A stretch of 19,032 nt of DNA from a virus, in IMG/VR virus record IMGVR_UViG_3300045988_023605, positions 1 to 19,032 of that record, one strand, 5' to 3'. The notes below the pieces were generated by a model. It worked only from the letters and a program-made list of their open reading frames with translations. It made no database searches and had not been told where the DNA came from. This document shows, in pieces, positions 4,354 through 11,169 of the stretch (the stretch's first letter is position 1; each line of letters begins with the position of its first letter). A program made the translations under genes and the position numbers.

Positions 4354-5862
4354 TCACCCTATGTGAGTGGCAAAGCTCAGATAGACTTCGGTGTTATCCG
4401 GAATTGCGGTGGTGGTCCCAATCTTGCAAGCTCTAATATCATTGTCATAAGACAGATACAGCAGTTTGTTAAGGCTATTCGGAATGAAGTAGTTCATCGT
4501 ACTACGCGCAGCGGCGGGCACCTGAAAAATACTCGCATATGCACCGGCGTTTCCAACCACTTTGCCTTGAATATGGCATGTTACCATGTCGCCGTCCACG
4601 TGGAATTTCGAGTGCGTGATTTCGCCGTGCGCGTCCTGTCCAGCCACATAGCCATCCCACGAATTTCGCACGGTTGCGCCATCCATCGCTTCGCAAATCA
4701 GCTTGAGAAGCACATCATTGCCCGAGTCGTTGGGATGCACGTCATCACCGCTACTCCAATCGCGGGAGCCGTTAAGCCACTCCCAGCCGTACGGAATGAC
4801 TTCGACATGTTTCATACCGCACGCGGTGATGATTCGGTCACGTGCCTTGAGTACGCCACTATTATAGATAGACGGGGGTGTGAAACCGCAGATGGTCGGA
4901 ATGGTCTGAATTTTCGCGTGCGGGAAATTGGTGCGCGCATAATCCAACAAGGTCAGTACGGCGCTGGTGAGCAGCGAGTCGGTTACGGATCCGTCCGAAA
5001 CATGGGTTTTATCATTGATGCCACCGGCTACGAGAATCCGTGTCACGGCGTCTTTGTCGCCCGAATAACTCTTAAGTTGTTGAATGAACGTAGTCGGCCC
5101 GTTAAGGTATCCCGCGTCATTTCGTGCGAGATTGGTCACAGTCGCACTCCTACGTTCACCCAGTCGGTTGGCCCACGATTTTGACGTAGCCGACGCGCCA
5201 GTGCCATAAGAGATACTGTCGCCGATTACTATGATATTTTCGTGAGTCAGTCCGGTGAGTATGTTGACTCGTCTCGCCACGTCTGCAACGTCAGTGCTTG
5301 CTTTGTCCCACTTGGTTTTATTTGTGGCCGCATGGTCAGCGGTGTCCGCACCTAACGCGGTGAGGATGGCGTTATTGTTGTCGGCCTTGCTGTTTGCGGT
5401 ATCCGCTTTGCCGATTGCGGTATCCGCTTTGCCGATTGCGGTATCCGCTTTGCCGATTGCGGATGTGGCGTCGGTGCTTGCTTTGTCCCACTTCGTTTTA
5501 TTTGCCGTGGCGTGAGCGGTGGTATCCGCGCCTAATGCAGTGAGAATTGAGGCGTTCGTATTGGCTTTTCCGGTTGCGGCGGCGGCGTCGGCCATCGCCT
5601 CGGTAGCGTCCGCACTCGCCTTATTCCACTTGGTCTTAGCTGTGGTGGCGGCGTCTACGGTGTTGTCTCCAAGCAGTGCTTTGGCTACTTCTTCGTCGTG
5701 CGTTTCACGCGACTCTACGGCTTCGATGCGATTGAGGTGCGTTTCGAGCGTGGTATCGATAGTGTGCATACTGCCGTTGTAGCCGTCCCTTAAGTCGGCT
5801 GGGTCATTGTCGCCGTAAAGATTCAAGCCATAATTGTCGGTTTTCGTATATACGGTAGCCAT
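4354..5862 (-). CDS. Tail appendage/fibre protein with repeat-rich stalk and SGNH (GDSL) esterase domain
   Basis: The N-terminal anchor motif is shared with the two upstream ORFs. There are KTKW(D/N)KAS(T/A)DA repeats and a (KADTAIG)x3 tandem. SGNH blocks: VIGDSISYG (I), NDAG (II), GGINDK (III), DDVHPN (V). Confidence 0.85.
   Translation of the reverse strand: MATVYTKTDNYGLNLYGDNDPADLRDGYNGSMHTIDTTLETHLNRIEAVESRETHDEEVAKALLGDNTVDAATTAKTKWNKASADATEAMADAAAATGKANTNASILTALGADTTAHATANKTKWDKASTDATSAIGKADTAIGKADTAIGKADTANSKADNNNAILTALGADTADHAATNKTKWDKASTDVADVARRVNILTGLTHENIIVIGDSISYGTGASATSKSWANRLGERRSATVTNLARNDAGYLNGPTTFIQQLKSYSGDKDAVTRILVAGGINDKTHVSDGSVTDSLLTSAVLTLLDYARTNFPHAKIQTIPTICGFTPPSIYNSGVLKARDRIITACGMKHVEVIPYGWEWLNGSRDWSSGDDVHPNDSGNDVLLKLICEAMDGATVRNSWDGYVAGQDAHGEITHSKFHVDGDMVTCHIQGKVVGNAGAYASIFQVPAAARSTMNYFIPNSLNKLLYLSYDNDIRACKIGTTTAIPDNTEVYLSFATHIG
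5396..5458. repeat. Perfect 21-bp x3 tandem repeat (GCGGTATCCGCTTTGCCGATT) inside the fibre gene
   Basis: Three identical units at 5396-5416, 5417-5437 and 5438-5458, with degenerate units on both sides. In frame, they encode TAIGKAD heptads. Confidence 0.95.
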
Positions 5863-5867
5863 TTATG

Positions 5868-6050
5868 TTAGTCCTTTTCTCGAATTTCGGTGTGCAGTTG
5901 GTTTAGAGTCTGGTCAATCATGCGCATGGCTCTGTTGTATCCGTCGCGCAAGTCCATTGGTGTCGCGTCATTGTAAAGTGGCAATCCATAATGGCGGGTC
6001 ACGTCATATTCCGCGACATCCACTGGTGTGGTCTGCTGCCCGTTTGCCAT
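5868..6050 (-). CDS. Anchor-only paralogue of the tail-fibre N-terminal module (60 aa from ATG 6050)
   Basis: The ORF-track start at 6059 is TTG, and I prefer the ATG at 6050 (MANGQQ...). It contains HYGLPLYNDATPMDLRDGYNRAMRMIDQTL, the motif shared with 4354..5862 and 6056..6409. Confidence 0.6.
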   Translation of the reverse strand: MANGQQTTPVDVAEYDVTRHYGLPLYNDATPMDLRDGYNRAMRMIDQTLNQLHTEIREKD

Positions 6051-6055
6051 GACTA

Positions 6056-6409
6056 TCAATCCCCCGAAGCGGTGGTGGAAACGAATGGCAAACCCTCCGC
6101 TGTGATCTTCGTGTCGTTGAGGTTTTTGACGGTGTACTGTCCGCCACTGGTGGCCGGTACGCGGTTGAGGAAGTGGTTAAGCGCGGTGCCGAGCGCGTTG
6201 GCGTTAGCGGCGCTCAGTCCAAGAGCGGTAACGAACACTCCCAAACCTTCCGGCAAAGATTCCGGGGTAGGAATTGCGTCAATCCTGTCCGACTGCGTTT
6301 TTAGTGTCGTGTCGATAATATCCATGCTGCGGTTGTATCCGCCTTGGAGGTTTGGCGCGTCCGTTGCGTCGTACTTTTCGAGGTTATAATTTGGGGTTTT
6401 GCTGGTCAT
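6056..6409 (-). CDS. Small tail-appendage protein (117 aa) with the shared N-terminal anchor module
   Basis: It contains NYNLEKYDATDAPNLQGGYNRSMDIIDTTL. The RBS AGGAAGGA precedes the ATG. It lies within the tail module. Confidence 0.7.
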   Translation of the reverse strand: MTSKTPNYNLEKYDATDAPNLQGGYNRSMDIIDTTLKTQSDRIDAIPTPESLPEGLGVFVTALGLSAANANALGTALNHFLNRVPATSGGQYTVKNLNDTKITAEGLPFVSTTASGD

Positions 6410-6427
6410 TTCCAGTAATCCTTCCTA

Positions 6428-7027
6428 TTATTTTGCGACTTTCATAAAATTATTATCCACAATGCCGTTGGCGAGGTTTTCGACGGTCAACGGGTTGACG
6501 GGTTCGCCGTCATCCACGTGTACGTCGCGTGGCGTGATGCGCGGCTCATCATTGTGGAAAATGGTCTTATTGCCAAGCACGGCGAACTCCAAGCACGTGT
6601 GCGCTGCGGCCATTGGCGCCGAAAGTTGGGCCATCTGGTTAACGCGTGCGCCGAACACGGCAAGCTCACGGTACATGTCGCGGTTCGTGTTTTTCGAGTC
6701 CTCGTACTTGCCGCGCGTCGGATTATAGGTCAGGTCAGAGTCTTCGTACTGTCCAACCTGCTTTTCAAGGTCGTCTAGCGTCTTGTTGATGCGCTCGAAC
6801 TGCTCGTTAAAATCGGCTATCAGCTGTTTGATGGCTTCGACGTCCGCGTTCTCGTCTTTGGCGAGGTTATCAAGCTGTTCGCGCAGTTCGTCCAAGTGGC
6901 TTGCAACCTCTTGCACGTAACCGAGCACGGTCAACGTGTCACGGTACGAAAACGGCTGAACCGTCGTAAAATAGCGTTGACGCGGGTCAATGTCAAGCGG
7001 CGCGGCGCACATGTTAATTCCGTTCAT
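6428..7027 (-). CDS. Structural protein with a coiled-coil segment (tail/appendage associated); function unknown
   Basis: The ORF-track start at 7039 is TTG and sits inside the RBS (TTGGAGGAA), so I prefer the ATG at 7027 (MNGINM...). The central part is rich in heptad-like charged repeats. Confidence 0.65.
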   Translation of the reverse strand: MNGINMCAAPLDIDPRQRYFTTVQPFSYRDTLTVLGYVQEVASHLDELREQLDNLAKDENADVEAIKQLIADFNEQFERINKTLDDLEKQVGQYEDSDLTYNPTRGKYEDSKNTNRDMYRELAVFGARVNQMAQLSAPMAAAHTCLEFAVLGNKTIFHNDEPRITPRDVHVDDGEPVNPLTVENLANGIVDNNFMKVAK

Positions 7028-7060
7028 GTATTCCTCCAATCCGTCTATGTCAAGTATACT

Positions 7061-7873
7061 CTAATGACCCAGATCGTAGGCGAGCGAGGTGGAATACAAT
7101 TGCGGCACGTTGGTCATATTGTCGCCACTGCCCCACATACCTAAAAATAGGTCTTCAAGCGAGTGAATAACCATCATGTCAATATTGAGCATGGTGTTAC
7201 GCCAATCCTGCAAAAGTTGGGATTGCGAGCCACTGGTACCGAGCGTATGCGACACGCTGTTGCCTTTGTCTGACGAATGCGAAAAATCGGTGTTGCTGGT
7301 ACTGGATGCCGTGGTGCTGCTGTCCTGCTGTGTGCTCGTATGCGTGTTGCCAGTCGAGTCGGTTTGCGACGCGCTGGTGGCGTACTGTTTAAAATCATTG
7401 ATACGAGTCTGCGGAAACTCGGAATTAAAAGTCATTGACGAATTGTCGGCCTTAGTGTCGGACGTGCTGTTCGCCGTTGACTCGTTCGACTGTGTGCCGC
7501 TCGATTTTCCGCTGGACTCGTTCGTGCTGGTCGAGTCCATTTCCTGCCGGATATCGGACGTAACGAACGGGTCAAACTTGCGCTGGGCCGACAAATACAG
7601 TTGGTTGAAATAGTCCATCTGTTCGCGCATGGTACGCCCCAGATAAAACACGAACATTTGCGGTGTTTCACTGCCGATTTCACGCAACGCATAGTGCGCC
7701 ACTATTTTTTCGTTCAGTTTCGTCCTATACGCTTCGTCGAAAATCGGGTAATACTGCGAGGATAAATGCAGTTTTTCGTCCGTGTCGAAACCGCGTGCAA
7801 TCAGATTGCCAAGCGTCAGCGTATAGTCGGCCATGCTGTCTTTGATGGCGTACATGCTTAAGTCCTGCGTCAT
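7061..7873 (-). CDS. Lower collar protein (phi29 gp11 position) with a long Ser/Thr-rich central segment
   Basis: It lies immediately downstream of the portal with an ATGA stop/start overlap. The N-terminal YALREIGSETPQMF block resembles lower-collar proteins as I recall them. About 105 residues (113-218) are S/T/N/Q-rich. Confidence 0.7.
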   Translation of the reverse strand: MTQDLSMYAIKDSMADYTLTLGNLIARGFDTDEKLHLSSQYYPIFDEAYRTKLNEKIVAHYALREIGSETPQMFVFYLGRTMREQMDYFNQLYLSAQRKFDPFVTSDIRQEMDSTSTNESSGKSSGTQSNESTANSTSDTKADNSSMTFNSEFPQTRINDFKQYATSASQTDSTGNTHTSTQQDSSTTASSTSNTDFSHSSDKGNSVSHTLGTSGSQSQLLQDWRNTMLNIDMMVIHSLEDLFLGMWGSGDNMTNVPQLYSTSLAYDLGH

Positions 7874-8814
7874 TGTTCATCCTCTTTCTTGTTGCCGTCA
7901 ACGTCCAATAATCCGCCCGAAGTCGTGTCGTTCCACTCGATGCCGATAGGTTTGCCGGAATCGGCCATTTGCGGCCATAACCGGTTAATCGTGTCACACG
8001 CCTGTTGACGTGCTTTCAGATAACTCAGACGGAAAACGTTCGTACGGGAGTTTCCAGCCGTCACTTCCGACTCAAGCAGACGCTCCTTCTTTTCCGTCGT
8101 GCTGTTATCGACGCCGAGGCAGTTGACGAGTTCGTTCCATATCTGCGCCTTGGTGGTGATGATCTTATCCGCCAAAAAGGGGGTCATGTTGGGAAATGTC
8201 TGAAACATTCCAGTAATGTCGGCAGTATCGTAGACGTAGATATATGGATCTCCGTCTTCGCGCGCCTTCATGAGGTTTTCTGCGGTGAGTTTATTGGTTT
8301 CGGACGTGGCGATAATCAGCGGCACCGAAATGTTGTCTAGGTTGACGTCAAGCGCCCTGTCCGCAATGGCGAGTCGTGTCGCGTAATTCCACATGACATC
8401 AATCATGGTGCAACGCAATTGGTTGTCCCAAATCGGCACGCACTGCTTGCTCCCAATCTGCGGATGAGAATAATTCGTGGCAACTGGCTGGAATAACGTC
8501 GGATTATTATAATTATTGACGCCGCCGATATTACCCGACGTGACCATAAAACGGTGCACACCCCTACGTTTATCGGGGAAAAAGAGCGCCAAGCCATTCT
8601 CGAATAATGTCAGTTCCAAATATCTTTCGTCGATATACGGGGGCAAATTAATCCACTTGAAACGGCTTACCGCCAACATTTCAATCAATTTCATGTATTG
8701 GTTGATTCTCAGGCTTTGCCGCATTTCGGGTAGATTGAGATTGCTCCACATCGAGCCGAGCACGCTTTGGTTATCCCAGTGCGCAGCCTTCTTCGCATTG
8801 TTGCGTTTGCTCAT
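7870..8814 (-). CDS. Portal / upper collar connector protein (phi29 gp10-like)
   Basis: Blocks collinear with phi29 gp10: FKWINLPPYIDERYLE, WNELVNCLGVDNSTTEKKERLLESEV and ARQQACDTINRLW. The ORF-track start at 8820 is GTG. I prefer the ATG at 8814 (MSKRNN...), which has AAGGA about 8 nt upstream. Confidence 0.93.
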   Translation of the reverse strand: MSKRNNAKKAAHWDNQSVLGSMWSNLNLPEMRQSLRINQYMKLIEMLAVSRFKWINLPPYIDERYLELTLFENGLALFFPDKRRGVHRFMVTSGNIGGVNNYNNPTLFQPVATNYSHPQIGSKQCVPIWDNQLRCTMIDVMWNYATRLAIADRALDVNLDNISVPLIIATSETNKLTAENLMKAREDGDPYIYVYDTADITGMFQTFPNMTPFLADKIITTKAQIWNELVNCLGVDNSTTEKKERLLESEVTAGNSRTNVFRLSYLKARQQACDTINRLWPQMADSGKPIGIEWNDTTSGGLLDVDGNKKEDEQ

Positions 8815-8836
8815 AGTCACAGTCCTTAATAATAAT

Positions 8837-8861
8837 GGAGAGAGTTTATTACGCTCTCTCC
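8837..8861 (-). terminator. Hairpin between tail knob and portal genes (possible weak terminator)
   Basis: GGAGAGAG-N9-CTCTCTCC. On the minus strand it is followed by AUUAUUAUUAAGGA. The U-tract is weak. Confidence 0.4.
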
Positions 8862-8871
8862 ATTATATATG

Positions 8872-11100
8872 TCAGTATACGATGCCTGATAGCGGCACGT
8901 TATCCGCGTAGTCAGTGACTCCGATTTTGCTGGGATCTGTCCATACCGTCACACCGGACTCGAAAATACCTTTGACTGTCAAGCGGTATTCTTCCGGACA
9001 CGTCGAAGACCTTACGTACAGCTCATGCAATTTCCAGTAAGTGAAATTGCTCATTGCCATGAGGTTTTCCGGCAACCGCATAAACCTCTGGACATAGTAG
9101 CCGTACCTTAACCACACTTCGCCAATGGAGCGCATGGCGGCCGGTGGTATCTGTCGGAACCGTACCATGACGCCAATCAGACCATTAGCCAAATTAAAAG
9201 CGTCGCCACCCAACGCTCCCGACGTGGTAGGGGGTACTGTTTGTGTCTGTTGCACTTGGGCGTTGATGCCCGCAATGGTGTTCTCGTAATCGCCTTGCGC
9301 GGTGGCTTGAGCAAGCTGCCTGTTCATATCCGCGAACTGCATTGTCTGTTGGTTGGACAAATTGGTTTGCGCAAGCGAGTAGGCGTTGGCCTGTGAGGTG
9401 CTTGCGTTGTTAGTGGTTTGCGTGTTCGCAAGCTGCTGGTTCGCCGTCGAAACGTTGTTGTCGTAGGTCATTTGGTTTGTCCATGCGCCGATTGCGGTGC
9501 CTGCGATGGAACCAGCCACACCGCCAATATTGCCCGCGACGGCTGAACCAACGGCGTTCGCCACCCCCGAACCGATAGTGTTCAATTGCGACATTTGGTT
9601 ATTGAAGCCGAGGTTTTTCAGCGTTAAATCGGTGCCCATTTGCGCGCTCTGGTTGCTGATGGCGTTCATGGCGTTGCGGTTGGACGTGCCGAGCCGATTC
9701 TGGGCGCTTGCGTATGACGTGCCGAGTTGGGCTTGCGCGTAGGCGTTGTTGATGCCCATTTGTGTTTTCTGCTGTGCCCAATCGGCCGACTGTTGCGCAT
9801 ACGCCCTCGAGTAGGCGCTATTAGCCAAGGCCAAGGCACTACCGTTGTTGACCGTCATGAAGGTTGGAAAATTGGTGATACCGAAACTTGCGTTGAGCAT
9901 GTCGCCCGAATCAATCGGCAAACCGGAATTGTTCGGCAACGGAGATTGTTCGCTGACATCTCCGGCGTTATATCCGAGCGGGTAAAAATTAAGTCGCGGC
10001 GACGGTGGCGCGTAGTCCCATGACTCACGAATGGTTAAGTCAGCGCTTGGAATCTGCTCAGGATTATAAGCAATCACAGTCCCGTTAAGACACGAGCATT
10101 CCAATATGGCGTATGGCGCGGTACGGAATTTTCGCAGATACCTATAACGTTCCGGCAGCTTGAAATTATCTCGAAAATTCGTGATATGGATAATGTCGGC
10201 GTAGCGGCTTTTAGCATCATTATGTCGCACCTCCAAGCGGTAGCAGTCGCCACGCCAATCAATCATGTGATCGAAGAACACGCCCGGCTTCTGTTGGTTT
10301 TTCAGCAACGCTTCCGGAAGCTGAGGGGTGGCGTAGATGCCGCAAATACCCTGCGTCACCCAAGGGTATTCCGCACCCGCGCCCATCACAGCGAGGAAGT
10401 CCAAGGCGTCCGAGAAATAGTATAATGCGGTGCCGTTTGTGTGGTTTTCAAATGCGCTGCCGTCCGCGCACGTGGTTTTCGGAGCGCTTGCAGTGCCGGG
10501 GTCGGCGTCCAGTTTCGTGGTGGACACTACGAGCACGCCGAAGGTGGTGTAACCGTTTGTCTCGCCAATCAGGCTCTTGTATTGCTGTCCCGTGACTACC
10601 GTTGCTTTGCCGGTGTCCAAGCCTTCGGGCAGGTCGAGATAGGTGCGGCCCCAGTCTTTCCAAGCGTTTTCGTTCGCCACGCCGACATGCCCACGCTCGA
10701 CGTAGGCGTTACCGAGCTGGATATCGTGCTGGAACGACTGCCACACGTCAAGTTGGATGTTGAGCTGTGTGGTGTGCGCGTTGACGTAATCGCACGTCTG
10801 GACAAAATAATACCAACTACGTGGGGTGTCAAAATCGTAGTCGTTCGTCGCAATAAGGTAGTTGTATTTCGACGCTTGAGCGAATGGAACCGGCAACCGT
10901 ACCGGCAGCCCGTATTTGGCCATTGTACAGTCGGTGAACTCGATGCCGTCCAGCCGGTCAAAATACTCCTTCTGGGCGTTTTTGTCCCATTTTACGATAT
11001 CCCTGTATCCCATGTCCCAAGGTACGTTGCAAAGCTTGAACCGCGTGTTCGGCGTCCATTTTGCGTACGAAAAATTAATCGGTAGGTCATTTGCGCTCAT
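8872..11100 (-). CDS. Tail knob / distal tube protein (phi29 gp9-like)
   Basis: Blocks collinear with phi29 gp9: WYYFVQTCDYVNAHTTQLNIQLDVWQSF, ERGHV, PYAILECSCLNGT, YGYYVQRF and IFESGVTVWTDP. There is an internal Gly/Ala-rich hydrophobic loop GSGVANAVGSAVAGNIGGVAGSIAGTAIGAW. The RBS is AGGAGG. Confidence 0.9.
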   Translation of the reverse strand: MSANDLPINFSYAKWTPNTRFKLCNVPWDMGYRDIVKWDKNAQKEYFDRLDGIEFTDCTMAKYGLPVRLPVPFAQASKYNYLIATNDYDFDTPRSWYYFVQTCDYVNAHTTQLNIQLDVWQSFQHDIQLGNAYVERGHVGVANENAWKDWGRTYLDLPEGLDTGKATVVTGQQYKSLIGETNGYTTFGVLVVSTTKLDADPGTASAPKTTCADGSAFENHTNGTALYYFSDALDFLAVMGAGAEYPWVTQGICGIYATPQLPEALLKNQQKPGVFFDHMIDWRGDCYRLEVRHNDAKSRYADIIHITNFRDNFKLPERYRYLRKFRTAPYAILECSCLNGTVIAYNPEQIPSADLTIRESWDYAPPSPRLNFYPLGYNAGDVSEQSPLPNNSGLPIDSGDMLNASFGITNFPTFMTVNNGSALALANSAYSRAYAQQSADWAQQKTQMGINNAYAQAQLGTSYASAQNRLGTSNRNAMNAISNQSAQMGTDLTLKNLGFNNQMSQLNTIGSGVANAVGSAVAGNIGGVAGSIAGTAIGAWTNQMTYDNNVSTANQQLANTQTTNNASTSQANAYSLAQTNLSNQQTMQFADMNRQLAQATAQGDYENTIAGINAQVQQTQTVPPTTSGALGGDAFNLANGLIGVMVRFRQIPPAAMRSIGEVWLRYGYYVQRFMRLPENLMAMSNFTYWKLHELYVRSSTCPEEYRLTVKGIFESGVTVWTDPSKIGVTDYADNVPLSGIVY

Positions 11101-11116
11101 AAAGTCCTCCTAAAAC

Positions 11117-11149
11117 AATAGGTGCGAGAATTATCTTCTCGCACCTATT
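11117..11149 (-). terminator. Intrinsic (probably partial) terminator after the major capsid gene
   Basis: An 11-14 bp perfect stem (AATAGGTGCGAGAA-N5-TTCTCGCACCTATT). On the minus strand it is followed by GUUUUAGGAGG. Confidence 0.7.
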
Positions 11150-11169
11150 TTACTGGCCTGCGTCTATTG

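Noticed and set aside
5396-5458. The 21-bp x3 direct repeat, considered as a possible CRISPR array or non-coding regulatory repeat
   Set aside because: The units are contiguous with no spacers. They are in frame inside a well-supported CDS and encode a heptad repeat.
7039-8820. ORF-track start codons at 7039, 8820, 6059, 16800 and 18161
   Set aside because: They are TTG/GTG codons or upstream ATGs that overlap the previous gene. In each case an ATG a few codons downstream has a properly spaced AGGAG-type RBS, so I trimmed the coordinates.
8862-8867. TATAAT on the minus strand between the tail knob and portal genes
   Set aside because: It has no TG extension and no -35. It sits immediately before a hairpin. 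AT-rich intergenic sequence makes a chance hexamer likely.
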